DNA from: Desulfatiglandales bacterium
GTDB taxonomy: Bacteria; Desulfobacterota; DSM-4660; Desulfatiglandales; HGW-15
Length of the DNA stretch: 64,000 nucleotides
Direction: 5' to 3'
Assembly (NCBI GenBank): GCA_963665715.2
Contig: CAXXPR010000001.1
Span: 868,550-932,549 of the forward strand
In this document: piece by piece, positions 1-9,999 of the stretch
How positions within the stretch are numbered: the first letter of the stretch is position 1
Layout: each line of letters begins with the position of its first letter
Notes under the pieces: generated by a model
Database searches by the model: none
What the model was told of the DNA's origin: nothing
What the model saw: the letters and a program-made list of their open reading frames with translations, nothing else
Translations under genes and position numbers: made by a program

Positions 1-82
1 CACCCTTATTTACTTTGATGGATACGCCTTTGAGGACATCATGTCCTCCAAAGGATTTGTGTATGTTATTAAGCTCAATCAC
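1..82 (-). CDS. ABC transporter ATP-binding protein (MlaF-like), N-terminal fragment running off the window
   Basis: The reverse complement of 1-82 starts with GTG and reads (M)IELNNIHKSFGGHDVLKGVSIKVNKG. This is a typical ABC ATPase N-terminus. It begins 8 nt after the stop of the MlaE-type permease. Confidence 0.5.
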   Translation of the reverse strand, partial: MIELNNIHKSFGGHDVLKGVSIKVNKG

Positions 83-90
83 GATTTACC

Positions 91-867
91 TTAAAATAAA
101 AAAGATGTCATAAAATAGTTCCATACAAGGATCATCACTGCTGAAAGTACAACCGCCCGGGTTGTTGATTTGCTGACGCCTTCAGCTCCAAATCCCGATG
201 ACCCTGTGTAATAGCCCATATAGCAGGAGATCCATGTGATAATGATTCCGAAGCTCATGGATTTATAGATGCCTTCCATCATATGGTCCACCCTTACATA
301 GGTGGTTATTTCACCAAAAAAGGTTGCGTATTCGAGCCCCAGTATTTTTACCCCTACAAGGTAGCCTCCAATTATACCTATTGCGTCGAACATACCTGTT
401 AAAAGCGGAAGGGATATAAGTCCTGCTATTATATTGGGTACTACCAGGTAGCGGAAGGGGTTAAGACCCATCATTTCAATGGCGTCTATCTGGTTTGTTA
501 TTCGCATTATGCCTATTTCGGCAGCGATCGCCGAACCTGCACGGGCTGTTACCATAAGCCCTGTAAGAACAGGCGCCATTTCTTTCATTATTGAAAGAGC
601 TACCATAGGGCCTAAAAAGGCTTCTGAGCCCAGTCTGTTAAGAGTATGAAACCCCTGAAGCCCTAAAACCATTCCTGTAAAGGCCCCTATGAGCAGCACA
701 ACGAGAGTTGACTGCGCCCCGATAAACCTGATCTGTTTGAGGATGCGTTCTACTTTGAATGGAGGCGTAAGAGAAAAATAGATTGAACAGGCAAGAAAGT
801 TAAAAATTCTTCCGATCCTGGTTAATATATCTATTGATTCTCCGCCGATATGTCTTACAAAATCCAT
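91..867 (-). CDS. mlaE: MlaE-family ABC transporter permease
   Basis: 258-aa polytopic membrane ORF with the MlaE/Ttg2B-like stretch GPMVALSIMKEMAPVLTGLMVTARAGSAIAAEIGIMRITNQIDAIEMMG. An ABC ATPase start lies immediately downstream. Confidence 0.85.
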   Translation of the reverse strand: MDFVRHIGGESIDILTRIGRIFNFLACSIYFSLTPPFKVERILKQIRFIGAQSTLVVLLIGAFTGMVLGLQGFHTLNRLGSEAFLGPMVALSIMKEMAPVLTGLMVTARAGSAIAAEIGIMRITNQIDAIEMMGLNPFRYLVVPNIIAGLISLPLLTGMFDAIGIIGGYLVGVKILGLEYATFFGEITTYVRVDHMMEGIYKSMSFGIIITWISCYMGYYTGSSGFGAEGVSKSTTRAVVLSAVMILVWNYFMTSFLF

Positions 868-1082
868 ATGAACCTGTACTTAATTAATTATTCACATATC
901 ACTACTGTATCAGTCGTAAATTACCTGATATTTATACAAATAAAATGATGTGTACGTGAAATAGAAATGAAAAAAACATGAAATCTCTTGAGCCGGTCTA
1001 AAAACAAAAAAGTTTTAACCTGCTGCTCTTGCTGATATGTTTAATTCAGTGCTCCCCCTGAAGCTTCTGCAATGCTGATGTT

Positions 1083-1991
1083 TTAATCCTGATCAATAAA
1101 TGCGTCAACCCTTAATGCAAGGGCTTCGGTATCAAATTCTGCCTCAACACCAAAGGGCAGAGGGTAATTGTCTGTACCGTGCCCGGCCGGAAACCCGGAA
1201 TACATAGGGTAATCCCCCTCCAGGTTTTCAAGCAGCAGTTTATTGATCTCATCTGCATCTCCGCAGTTTTTAAAATCTCCGGCGAGTATCCCCCGTACTC
1301 CCTTCAATATACCGGCAAGTCTCAACTGAGTAAGTGTCCTGTCTATCCTGTAAAGGTGTTCCGCAGTGTCTTCTATAAACAGTATGGAGTCTTTAAATTC
1401 CGGTAAAAAAGGCGTGCCTGCCAGTGAAGAGATAAGTGTAAGATTCCCTCCCAGCAGCTTTCCCCGTGCCTTTCCTTTTTTAAGAACATTTTTTTCTTCC
1501 AAACTTAGTGCTATCTTCCCCCCGGAAGATAACAACCTGATAAGACCTTCAATATTTTTTTCCCGCCCGTCAGGGTTTCTGAGCATTGGACCGTGCCATA
1601 CCGGAATCCCTGTTTTTCGATTCACAGCTAAAAGCAGTGCTGTTATATCACTGAAACCGATAAGCAGTTTCGGGTTTTGTGCAATGATATCAAAGTCTAT
1701 TTTATCGAGAAGTCTTGGTGTCCCGTAACCTCCCCGTGCGCAGATAACCGCTTTGATGCTGCTGTCTTCAAATGCCCTGTGAAGGTCATTCAGCCTGTCA
1801 TGATCGTTTCCGGCAAGGTATCCCTGCCGGTCATACAGGTGTACGCCTTCCTGAATTCTGAATCCCTTCTGTTGTAAGATATCAATAGCAGGCTGGATTT
1901 CATCATGGGTTACAGGCCCGGCAGGAGCTATTATGCCTATAGTATCTCCCTGCTTCAGACCTTTCAGTGCTGATTCAGCGGTTTCTCTCAT
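1083..1991 (-). CDS. ldcA: LD-carboxypeptidase (peptidase S66, muramoyltetrapeptide carboxypeptidase)
   Basis: 302 aa. It has GDTIGIIAPAGPV near the N-terminus, ICARGGYGTPRLL, and the GFSDITALL nucleophile-serine motif typical of S66 enzymes. Confidence 0.8.
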   Translation of the reverse strand: MRETAESALKGLKQGDTIGIIAPAGPVTHDEIQPAIDILQQKGFRIQEGVHLYDRQGYLAGNDHDRLNDLHRAFEDSSIKAVICARGGYGTPRLLDKIDFDIIAQNPKLLIGFSDITALLLAVNRKTGIPVWHGPMLRNPDGREKNIEGLIRLLSSGGKIALSLEEKNVLKKGKARGKLLGGNLTLISSLAGTPFLPEFKDSILFIEDTAEHLYRIDRTLTQLRLAGILKGVRGILAGDFKNCGDADEINKLLLENLEGDYPMYSGFPAGHGTDNYPLPFGVEAEFDTEALALRVDAFIDQD

Positions 1992-2742
1992 ATAAAATTT
2001 TTAAACCATCAAGTGTAAGATTATCATCAATAAAATCGATAGTCTTTGATTCCTTTGCTATAAGAGGGGCAATCCCTCCAGTTGCAATTACCTTTACTTC
2101 ATGGCCTATCTCACTTTTAATACGGGTTACAATGCCGTCAACCAGGCCTGCATATCCGTAAACAATGCCGACATTCATTGCTCCGATAGTGTCTTTTGCA
2201 ATCACATTTTTAGGCACGCTGAAAATTTCAATTCTTGGGAGCTTGCTTGCCTTGGCAAAAAGAGCTTCGCTCGAAATAAACACTCCGGGAGAGATTGCTC
2301 CGCCGATCCATGCGCCGTCTTCTGATACACAGTCAAAGGTTGTTGCTGTTCCGAAATCCACAATGATAAGCCCGCATTTATGTTTTTCGTAGGCGCCTAC
2401 GGAATTTACTATCCTGTCGGCTCCCACCTCCTTGGGGTTGTCATACCTGATGGGCATGCCTGTTTTTAAACCCCGGCCGACAACCATCGGTTTTATATTA
2501 AAATACCGTTTTGAAAGTCCTTCCAGTGCGTTAAGAAGAGGCGGGACAACGCAGGATATTATTATATCGTCTATTTCCTGCATGCTTACCTCTGACGCCT
2601 GGAAAAGATTGCATATCATAATTCCAAGCTCATCGGAAGTGGCGTCCTTTTCGGTTCTTATGCGCCAGTGCCCGACTATATTGTCCTGATCGAGGACTCC
2701 CAATACTATATTGGTATTGCCGACATCAATACAGAAAAGCAT
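1975..2742 (-). CDS. coaX: Type III pantothenate kinase
   Basis: 255 aa. The N-terminus MLFCIDVGNTNIVLGV and the motifs IIVDFGTATTFD and ATGG are characteristic of CoaX. It overlaps the ldcA start by 17 nt. Confidence 0.9.
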   Translation of the reverse strand: MLFCIDVGNTNIVLGVLDQDNIVGHWRIRTEKDATSDELGIMICNLFQASEVSMQEIDDIIISCVVPPLLNALEGLSKRYFNIKPMVVGRGLKTGMPIRYDNPKEVGADRIVNSVGAYEKHKCGLIIVDFGTATTFDCVSEDGAWIGGAISPGVFISSEALFAKASKLPRIEIFSVPKNVIAKDTIGAMNVGIVYGYAGLVDGIVTRIKSEIGHEVKVIATGGIAPLIAKESKTIDFIDDNLTLDGLKILYERNR

Positions 2743-2853
2743 GGTACTGTTTTACTCGCTGTTAAAGGTTTGAAAAAAACCGGCGCAAGGCTCATGGCTC
2801 ATCCGCCGTCGCTAAAGCTTTGGCGCGACAAGAGGCGCAGGGAAAATAAAAAA

Positions 2854-3726
2854 TTAAAGTCCTGTAATTTTACCGGCCAGTATTGCGTCCATGACCTTTA
2901 CTGTTTCCATTGCCATTTTTACATTATGAACTCTTACAATATGTGCTCCGTTCATTATGCCTGCCGCTACAGTAGCCATGGTGCCTGTGTCTCTGTTTTC
3001 GGGCTCCTTGTCCAGTATTTTCCCTATGAAGGTCTTTCTGGATGAACCGAGGAGCAGCGGGAGCCCCAGGCTTTCAAATTCCTTAAGGTCCCTTAAAATT
3101 TCAAGATTGTGATCTGCTGTTTTACCGAATCCTATCCCCGGATCAAGGATGAGCTTTTCCTTTGCAATTCCACCTGCTTCTGCCCTGCTTACGGCCTCAT
3201 TAAAGAAGCTTTTCATTTCACCCATCAGGTCATCATATACCGGGTTATTCTGCATGTCTTTAGGTGTACCCTTTATATGCATCAGTATTACCGGTACATC
3301 TGTTTTTTTTGCAACCGAAACCATATTGCTGTCAAAACTCAGGGCGCTGATATCATTTATAATAGCAGCTCCGGCATCAATTGCCGCTTCTGCCACCTCT
3401 GACTTGTAGGTATCTATGCTGATAGGTGTTTTGACGATTTTGCTTAATTTTTCGATAACCGGCACAACCCGGTCAAGTTCCTGTTCCAGGGTTACTTCAT
3501 CTGCATAGGGCCTTGTTGATTCGCCGCCGATATCAATTATATCGGCGCCGTCTGCTTCCATTGCAAGGGCCTGCTCAACTGCCCTGTCCATTGAGAAATA
3601 ATTTCCTCCGTCCGAAAAGGAGTCCGGGGTTACATTAAGTATCCCCATCACAAGCGTTTTTTCTCCCATATCAAGGGAGTAGCCGCCCCAGTCCAGACGG
3701 AAGCGCTTTCTTTGAAGATCAGCCAA
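2854..3726 (-). CDS. folP: Dihydropteroate synthase
   Basis: 290 aa with the MGILNVTPDSFSDGG and DIGGESTRP signatures. A TTG start directly abuts the ftsH stop, the usual ftsH-folP arrangement. Confidence 0.9.
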   Translation of the reverse strand: MADLQRKRFRLDWGGYSLDMGEKTLVMGILNVTPDSFSDGGNYFSMDRAVEQALAMEADGADIIDIGGESTRPYADEVTLEQELDRVVPVIEKLSKIVKTPISIDTYKSEVAEAAIDAGAAIINDISALSFDSNMVSVAKKTDVPVILMHIKGTPKDMQNNPVYDDLMGEMKSFFNEAVSRAEAGGIAKEKLILDPGIGFGKTADHNLEILRDLKEFESLGLPLLLGSSRKTFIGKILDKEPENRDTGTMATVAAGIMNGAHIVRVHNVKMAMETVKVMDAILAGKITGL

Positions 3727-5544
3727 TTATTCCTGCTCCTCTTCAAATTCAAATTCTTCAGGTTCTATGCCCATGATTTCATCAATTTCTCTTGCATCAA
3801 GGGTTTCTTTTTCGAGCAGTCCCTTTGCCAGTTTATGAAGGGTTTCCATATTATCTTCAATAAGCTTGCGTGTGCTGTCATAGGCTTCGGTAATAATATC
3901 CTTGACCTCTTTATCGATGTTCTGGGCGGTTTCTTCACTGTAGTCACGGTGCTGGGAAATTTCGCGGCCCAGGAATATCTGTTCATCCTTTTTGCCGTAT
4001 GTAAGAGGGCCGAGTTTTTCGCTCATGCCGTATTCGCATACTATTTTTCTGGCAATGTCAGTAGCTCGCTCCAGGTCGTTGCTTGCTCCTGTTGTCTTGA
4101 TATTGAGCACCAGTTCTTCGGCAATACGTCCGCCGAGAAGCCGCCAGATAAAATTAACAAGGTATTCCTTGGGCTGAAGATGTTTTTCATCAACCGGAAG
4201 ATACTGTGTTACACCAAGTGCGCGGCCGTGAGGTATAATTGACACCTTGTGTACCGGATCAGTGTGAGGAAGCAGTTTACCAACAAGGGTATGGCCACCT
4301 TCATGATAGGCAATGATTTCCTTTTCTTCATCACTGATTATCATACTGCGGCGTTCTGTACCCATAAGAACCTTGTCTTTTGCATCTTCAAAGTCCACCA
4401 TTTCAACCTTGTCTTTACCGCGCCTTGCACCCATAAGGGCTGCTTCATTGACCATGTTTTCAAGGTCGGCGCCTGTAAAGCCTGGTGTCCCTCTTGCAAG
4501 TATTTTAAGGTCTACATCGTCGCTTAATATTGTCTTTTTGGTATGTACCTTAAGAATTCCTTCACGTCCTTTTATATCCGGCGGAGGAACAACTACCTGG
4601 CGGTCAAATCTTCCTGGTCTTAAGAGTGCAGGATCAAGAACGTCAGGTCTGTTTGTTGCAGATATAAGGATTACACCCTCATTTGACTCAAAACCGTCCA
4701 TTTCAACAAGAAGCTGGTTGAGAGTCTGTTCTCTTTCATCGTGTCCTCCGCCCAGGCCTGCGCCCCTGTGACGTCCGACAGCATCGATTTCATCTATAAA
4801 GATAATACACGGGGCATTTTTTTTACCCTGTACAAAAAGGTCTCTTACCCTTGATGCACCGACACCGACGAACATTTCCACAAAGTCGGAACCGCTTATG
4901 CTGAAAAATGGAACACCCGCTTCACCTGCAATAGCCCTTGCAAGAAGTGTTTTACCTGTACCCGGAGACCCTACAAGAAGTACACCTTTTGGTATTCTTC
5001 CGCCCAGCCTGGTAAATTTTTTGGGGTCCCGTAAAAACTCTATTATTTCCTGAAGCTCATCCTTGGCTTCATCAATACCTGCAACATCTTCAAATGTTAC
5101 TTTTTCCTGGGCTTCGTTCATGAGCCTTGCCCTGCTTTTTCCAAATGAAAGGGCCTTGCCGCCGCCTGACTGCATCTGGCGCATGAAGAATATCCATACG
5201 GCAACTATCAGTATTATGGGGAAATATGAAAGGATATAGCCGAACCATGGAGAACCTTCAGGTTCTTCAGATTCTATTTTAATACCTTCCTTTGCCTTTA
5301 ACATTCTAAGCAGATCCGGATCGTTAGGTGAATAGGTCCTGAAATTTCCCTGGGCGGATTCACCTGTAATGGTATTACCTTTTATTTTTACGCTGTAGAC
5401 ACTGCCGTTTTCAACCATACTGATAAATTCGCTGTAGGGTTTTGTTGCACTGGCAGTGTTCTGGTTTTTAAATACGTTAAACAGCATGATGATCATGATG
5501 AAAATAACCAGCCAGAGCGCAAGATTTTTATATATTTGGTTCAA
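3727..5544 (-). CDS. ftsH: ATP-dependent zinc metalloprotease FtsH
   Basis: Walker [12 protein letters not shown], the AAA second region of homology, and the HEGGH zinc site. I prefer the TTG at 5544, which follows GGAGG by 7 nt and gives [15 protein letters not shown], like other FtsH N-termini. The ORF-track start at 5598 is the alternative. Confidence 0.93.
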   Translation of the reverse strand: MNQIYKNLALWLVIFIMIIMLFNVFKNQNTASATKPYSEFISMVENGSVYSVKIKGNTITGESAQGNFRTYSPNDPDLLRMLKAKEGIKIESEEPEGSPWFGYILSYFPIILIVAVWIFFMRQMQSGGGKALSFGKSRARLMNEAQEKVTFEDVAGIDEAKDELQEIIEFLRDPKKFTRLGGRIPKGVLLVGSPGTGKTLLARAIAGEAGVPFFSISGSDFVEMFVGVGASRVRDLFVQGKKNAPCIIFIDEIDAVGRHRGAGLGGGHDEREQTLNQLLVEMDGFESNEGVILISATNRPDVLDPALLRPGRFDRQVVVPPPDIKGREGILKVHTKKTILSDDVDLKILARGTPGFTGADLENMVNEAALMGARRGKDKVEMVDFEDAKDKVLMGTERRSMIISDEEKEIIAYHEGGHTLVGKLLPHTDPVHKVSIIPHGRALGVTQYLPVDEKHLQPKEYLVNFIWRLLGGRIAEELVLNIKTTGASNDLERATDIARKIVCEYGMSEKLGPLTYGKKDEQIFLGREISQHRDYSEETAQNIDKEVKDIITEAYDSTRKLIEDNMETLHKLAKGLLEKETLDAREIDEIMGIEPEEFEFEEEQE

Positions 5545-6013
5545 TTTAAAGCCTCCTGTTGCTTTAGTTAGGGCTGCGGGCAGGACCTTTTTGTTCAATC
5601 CTTTTGTATAATGTAATTTCGAAGTAATTAGTGCAGAAAGTGAAGTCAGATCGTTTGCAGTAAAAACTCAATGATTTAGCCCTGAATACTTCAATAACCC
5701 TCTGAATCTCCGAATAAAATTTAAAAAACTCTAATTGGATTTTAATAAGCTGTTATGTATAACACTATATTCTTTTTTTGTAAATTTCTATTAACAGCCA
5801 TAACCCGTCATATATTTGATATCCGGTAACCCGGATACAGAAAAAAATAAGCAAAGTTTTGTAAAATTCAATATAAGAATCTTATGGGTTGAAAGATTGC
5901 AAAAAAAATGCCTAAATAGGAAAAGTTGGTTCTGTATATAAATCTATGAGTCTCCAAAAGTCGTTTTTTTGATAAAAATATGTCTTATCTTAAAACCTGA
6001 AGGGAGGTCATAC

Positions 6014-7501
6014 ATGAACTTAGCTTCAATTCTTGAGGATTCTGCCCGCTTTTTTCCTGACAACACTGCCGTAATAGAAGGTGAAAACAGATACACCTAC
6101 AGAGAGTTTAACTGCTATTCCGACAGAATCGCATCTGCACTTTCAGACTATGGTCTTAAACCCGGAGAATTTGTCGGCTTTTGCGCACCAAACAGCTATG
6201 ACTGGCTTGCATTTTATTTTGCCGCATTAAAATGCGGGGCTGCTGCAGTTACATTCTCCTGGCTTTTAACCAGGGACGAGTTTAAAAAGATACTCTTTGA
6301 CAGCCGGCCCAGGGTTCTTTTTACATCATCTTCAAGGCTTTCCGATCTTAATTATACAGATTCAGACTATCATCCCGATCTTGTCATTACCGAAGAAGGA
6401 GATAACTGCTGCAAAAATCTTGCAGAAAGAGGCTGTAATCTGTTTGAAACCGTTGACAGGGACAGGCACGATATTGCGGCAATTTTATATACCGGAGGCA
6501 CAACAGGAACTCCCAAGGGCGCCATGCTTTCCCACCAGAACATACTTGCATCGATATTTAATGTCGCGCACTATGAAAGAAGCAGCGAAAAGGATGTTGC
6601 ACTCTGTTTTCTTCCTCTTAATCATGTGTTCGGTCAGATGCATATTGTTAATTCCACAATCATAAGTTCAGGCGGGCTTGTTATCCAGTCTTCCTTTAAT
6701 ATCGAAAATGTTCTTGATGCCATAGAAAAACATAAGGTGACCAAGTTTTTTGCGGTGCCTACAATATATATCAGAATGCTGCAGGTTCCTGATCTGAAAG
6801 AGAGAATAAAATCCGTCACATACTGTTTTTCTGCTGCTGCAAGCATGGCGGCAGAAGTTGTAAGGGAGTGGAAAGCAAAGACAGGTGTAAATATACACGA
6901 AAGCTACGGAATGACCGAAAGTGCTTCTATTGTCGTATTTAATCATTATCACAGTCATTTGATCGGGTCTGTGGGGACTCCTGCCAACCTTATGGAAGTG
7001 CAGATAAGAGACATGGAGGGAAACAGGCTTAAACAGGGAGAAATCGGTGAGATCTGCATTAGAGGACCTAATATTTTTAAAGGGTACCTTAATAATCCGG
7101 AAGAAACCCGGAGAGCTTTCTGGGGTGAATGGTTCCGGTCCGGAGATATGGGCGTTATTGATAAAGACGGCTATCTCTTTATAGTGGACCGCCTCAAAGA
7201 TATGGTTATAACCGGCGGAGAAAACGTTTATCCAAGGGAGGTGGAAGAGATTTTATATACATGTCAGGAAGTTCAGGAGTGTGCAGTAATAGGTCTTCCG
7301 GACAGGGAATACGGTGAAAGAGTTACGGCATATATAGTGCTCAGGGATGGGTGCTGCCTTGATGCTGCATCTATTAAACAGTACCTTAAAAATCACCTGG
7401 CCGGATTTAAGGTCCCTAAGGAGTATGTTGCAGTTGAAGAACTTCCCAAGAGCGCGGCAGGAAAGATTCTTAAACGGGAATTAAGGCGGCGGATGGTATA
7501 A
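6014..7501 (+). CDS. AMP-dependent acyl-CoA synthetase/ligase (fatty-acid-CoA ligase family)
   Basis: AMP-binding signature YTGGTTGTPKGAM, followed by GMTE, GDMG..DKDGYLFIVDRLKD and a C-terminal GKILKRELR. The ATG at 6014 follows GAAGGGAGG. The ORF-track start at 5969 adds an implausible leader. Confidence 0.85.
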   Translation: MNLASILEDSARFFPDNTAVIEGENRYTYREFNCYSDRIASALSDYGLKPGEFVGFCAPNSYDWLAFYFAALKCGAAAVTFSWLLTRDEFKKILFDSRPRVLFTSSSRLSDLNYTDSDYHPDLVITEEGDNCCKNLAERGCNLFETVDRDRHDIAAILYTGGTTGTPKGAMLSHQNILASIFNVAHYERSSEKDVALCFLPLNHVFGQMHIVNSTIISSGGLVIQSSFNIENVLDAIEKHKVTKFFAVPTIYIRMLQVPDLKERIKSVTYCFSAAASMAAEVVREWKAKTGVNIHESYGMTESASIVVFNHYHSHLIGSVGTPANLMEVQIRDMEGNRLKQGEIGEICIRGPNIFKGYLNNPEETRRAFWGEWFRSGDMGVIDKDGYLFIVDRLKDMVITGGENVYPREVEEILYTCQEVQECAVIGLPDREYGERVTAYIVLRDGCCLDAASIKQYLKNHLAGFKVPKEYVAVEELPKSAAGKILKRELRRRMV

Positions 7502-7604
7502 TTTTCTGTTATTTTCATTTTGACATAAAGAATTCGATTGACCGGATATCTGTTCATATGTTACCGATAACACAACTTGATCAAAAAATAAGGAAGTTAA
7601 TATA

Positions 7605-8204
7605 TTGGAATCATTTGAAACCTTACTTGCGGGTTCTGCAAGGGAACACGGCCATCTTTGTGCAGGGCAGGTTGTGGGAGTACGCATGGCGATGCTCGGC
7701 TGCAGGCTCATAGGTCTGGATAATCCGCACAGCCTTGAACAGCTTAAAAAGCTGATTGTTTATGTTGAAATGGACAGGTGTACTGCTGATGCAGTTGCCT
7801 ATGTTACCGGCGTTAAACTTGGAAGGCGTTCTTTAAAATTTACCGATTACGGCATAATGGCAGCTACTTTTTTAAACCTGGAAACAAGGGAGGCCTACAG
7901 GATTGTCTCAACTGAAGAGAGCCGCGGGCTTGTGGAAGAATATGCCCCGGAGATTTTAAGCAGATCCGAACAGCAGGTGACTGCATATAAAAGAATGCCG
8001 GATAATGTGCTTTTCAAGGTTCAGAAGGTAACAGTTCCATACCAGGAATTTGAAATGCCCGGCCCGAGCAGAAAAAAGGTTTCATGCATAAAATGCGGGC
8101 AGGTAGTAAGGGACAGCAAAGAAGTAATGATAGAGGATGAGCCCTATTGTGTACCCTGTGCAAACGGCGGATATTTTACCGATCCTGTGGATGTGGATAT
8201 TTAA
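7605..8204 (+). CDS. FmdE-domain protein with C-terminal zinc ribbon
   Basis: 199 aa. GHLCAGQVVGVRMA and DRCTADAVAYVTG are typical of the FmdE (formylmethanofuran dehydrogenase subunit E-like) domain. The C-terminus has a CxxC...CxxC ribbon (CIKCG...CVPCA). The TTG start follows AAGGAAG. Confidence 0.7.
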   Translation: MESFETLLAGSAREHGHLCAGQVVGVRMAMLGCRLIGLDNPHSLEQLKKLIVYVEMDRCTADAVAYVTGVKLGRRSLKFTDYGIMAATFLNLETREAYRIVSTEESRGLVEEYAPEILSRSEQQVTAYKRMPDNVLFKVQKVTVPYQEFEMPGPSRKKVSCIKCGQVVRDSKEVMIEDEPYCVPCANGGYFTDPVDVDI

Positions 8205-8342
8205 AACCGGCGCATCCGTCTTGGCTGAAGTTTTGCTGTGACGAGAGGTGCAAGGTACAGGGTTAAAGGTCGGGATATCCAGCAGATACATTATTTTGCT
8301 GTTTTTTCCTTTAAGAATCCTTGGTATATGTTCAGTTCGTTG

Positions 8343-8561
8343 TTAAATAATAGAATCGATATTATCAAAAAATGGCTCGTTTTCGTCCAGCCACCCTTCA
8401 ATATCTCCAGGATGCTGTTCAGGTACTTCAGTTGGGATAAGACGCGCCATAGGTCTTCCTCTTTTTGTAATTATGATCTGTTATTTTCCGTAAGCTACTT
8501 TGCCCAATAATTCGGAACGATTCTTTTTGGTATCTGCAACACTGACTGTCTGTTCGTCCAT
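8343..8561 (-). pseudogene. Phd/YefM-like antitoxin interrupted by an in-frame TAA (orphan, no toxin partner)
   Basis: My own translation of the minus strand gives MDEQTVSVADTKKNRSELLGKVAYGK*QIIITKRGRPMARLIPTEVPEQHPGDIEGWLDENEPFFDNIDSII*. The internal TAA is at 8481-8483. The NRSELLGKVAYGK.QIIITKRGRP..RLIP pattern matches the Phd/YefM antitoxin core. Both halves are under 60 aa, so neither appears in the ORF track. Confidence 0.55.
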
Positions 8562-8617
8562 TAATAACCTTATTATCTCTCTTGACATAACTCTCAGGAT
8601 AAACAATTATTCCCTCC

Positions 8618-9967
8618 ATGAAATTCATAGCCGATCTACACATACACTCAAGGTTCTCCCGTGCGACTTCAAGATCTCTTACTCCTGAATCCCTCTCTTT
8701 ATGGGGACAGAAAAAGGGCATCAAAGTTATTGGTACCGGAGATTTTACACATCCCGAATGGATTCATGAGCTAAAGGAAAAGCTTGAAGAGTCCGAAACA
8801 GGTCTTTTCACTCTTAAGCCTGAATATCAAAAAGAGTTTGAAGGTGAAGTGCCTGCAGGATGCACTGCTGAAACTCTGTTTGTTTTATCGGGAGAAATAA
8901 GCTGCATATATAAGAAGAACGGAAAAACCAGAAAGGTGCATAACCTTATACTTATGCCGGATTTTGAATCTGCAGAAAGGTTTAATGCAGACCTTGACCG
9001 GATAGGCAATATCAAGTCGGACGGACGCCCCATACTTGGCCTTGATTCAAAGATCCTTCTTGAGATGATGCTTGAGGCAAGCGACAGGGGCTTTTTTATA
9101 CCCGCCCATGTGTGGACGCCCTGGTTTTCTCTGTTCGGATCAAAATCAGGTTTTGATGATATAGAAGAATGCTTTGAGGATCTTACTCCTCATATATACG
9201 CCCTTGAGACAGGCCTTTCTTCCGATCCTCCAATGAACCGCCTTTTATCTCAGCTTGATAAATATCTGTTGGTGTCAAATTCCGATGCCCATTCAGCTTC
9301 AAAGCTTGGCAGGGAAGCTAATATTTTTAACTGCGCTCCTGATTATGACAGCATGATAAAGGCGATGAAGGAAAAGGAAGGCTTTGAGGGAACCATAGAG
9401 TTTTACCCTGAAGAGGGTAAGTATCATATGGATGGTCACAGGAAGTGCAACTGTATGCTCCACCCCAATGATACAATCAAAAGAAACGGCATATGCCCTG
9501 AGTGCGGAAAACCTGTTACTGTAGGTGTGTTTCACCGGGTGGCGGAGCTTGCAGACAGGGAAGAACCTGTGCTTCAGAAAAAGTTCCACAGTCTGATACC
9601 GCTGGCTGAGATGCTCTCCGAAATAATCGGTACAGGGCCTGCTACAAAAACAGTCAGCACTGCCTATGAAAAACTTTTAACCGAACTTGGTCCGGAGCTG
9701 GATATTCTTCTTAATCTTGATCTTAAAGATATTGAATCCGCCGGAGGCATACTGCTTTCAAAGGCAATATCAAGGATGAGAACCGGGGACGTTATCAAGC
9801 AGGAAGGCTATGACGGCGAGTATGGTGTAATTAAACTGTTTAATGAATCTGAAAAACATGAGCTCATCGGTCAGAAAAAGCTTTTTAAAGCTGCTGAAAT
9901 AAAACCCGCTAAAAAGAAAAAAGCGGCAGTAAAAAAAAAGTCCGGGACAGTAAAAAAAAAGCCCTGA
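8618..9967 (+). CDS. PHP-domain endonuclease Q-like protein (TIGR00375-type)
   Basis: 449 aa. It has MKFIADLHIHSRFSRA at the N-terminus, VIGTGDFTHPEW, IPAHVWTPWFSLFG, LETGLSSD, VSNSDAHS and a CPECGKPVTVGV zinc finger. These are colinear with archaeal and Bacillus EndoQ as I recall them. The C-terminal tail is lysine-rich (KPAKKKKAAVKKKSGTVKKKP). Confidence 0.72.
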   Translation: MKFIADLHIHSRFSRATSRSLTPESLSLWGQKKGIKVIGTGDFTHPEWIHELKEKLEESETGLFTLKPEYQKEFEGEVPAGCTAETLFVLSGEISCIYKKNGKTRKVHNLILMPDFESAERFNADLDRIGNIKSDGRPILGLDSKILLEMMLEASDRGFFIPAHVWTPWFSLFGSKSGFDDIEECFEDLTPHIYALETGLSSDPPMNRLLSQLDKYLLVSNSDAHSASKLGREANIFNCAPDYDSMIKAMKEKEGFEGTIEFYPEEGKYHMDGHRKCNCMLHPNDTIKRNGICPECGKPVTVGVFHRVAELADREEPVLQKKFHSLIPLAEMLSEIIGTGPATKTVSTAYEKLLTELGPELDILLNLDLKDIESAGGILLSKAISRMRTGDVIKQEGYDGEYGVIKLFNESEKHELIGQKKLFKAAEIKPAKKKKAAVKKKSGTVKKKP

Positions 9968-9999
9968 AGCAGGGTGAGCAGGCTCTATTTCTTGACCCT

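Noticed and set aside
3712-4771. Plus-strand ORFs of 176, 152, 92 and 61 aa
   Set aside because: All lie inside and antisense to ftsH, whose AAA and HEXXH motifs are unambiguous.
5969-6013. Upstream start (5969) for the acyl-CoA ligase, and 5598 for ftsH
   Set aside because: The internal starts at 6014 (ATG after GAAGGGAGG) and 5544 (TTG after GGAGG) have much better RBSs and give N-termini typical of the families. The longer forms are kept only as alternatives.
8205-8291. Possible VapC/PIN toxin remnant (minus-strand MYLLD...) downstream of the degenerate antitoxin
   Set aside because: Only five residues resemble a PIN N-terminus. The remainder has no PIN acidic residues and runs into the FmdE gene end. 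This is too little evidence.
8238-8724. ORF-track candidates 8238-8510 (+), 8428-8724 (-) and 8500-8688 (+)
   Set aside because: They have no motifs or RBS and they overlap each other and the EndoQ-like start. The only family-like signal in this spacer is the interrupted antitoxin frame at 8343-8561, which is in a different frame.
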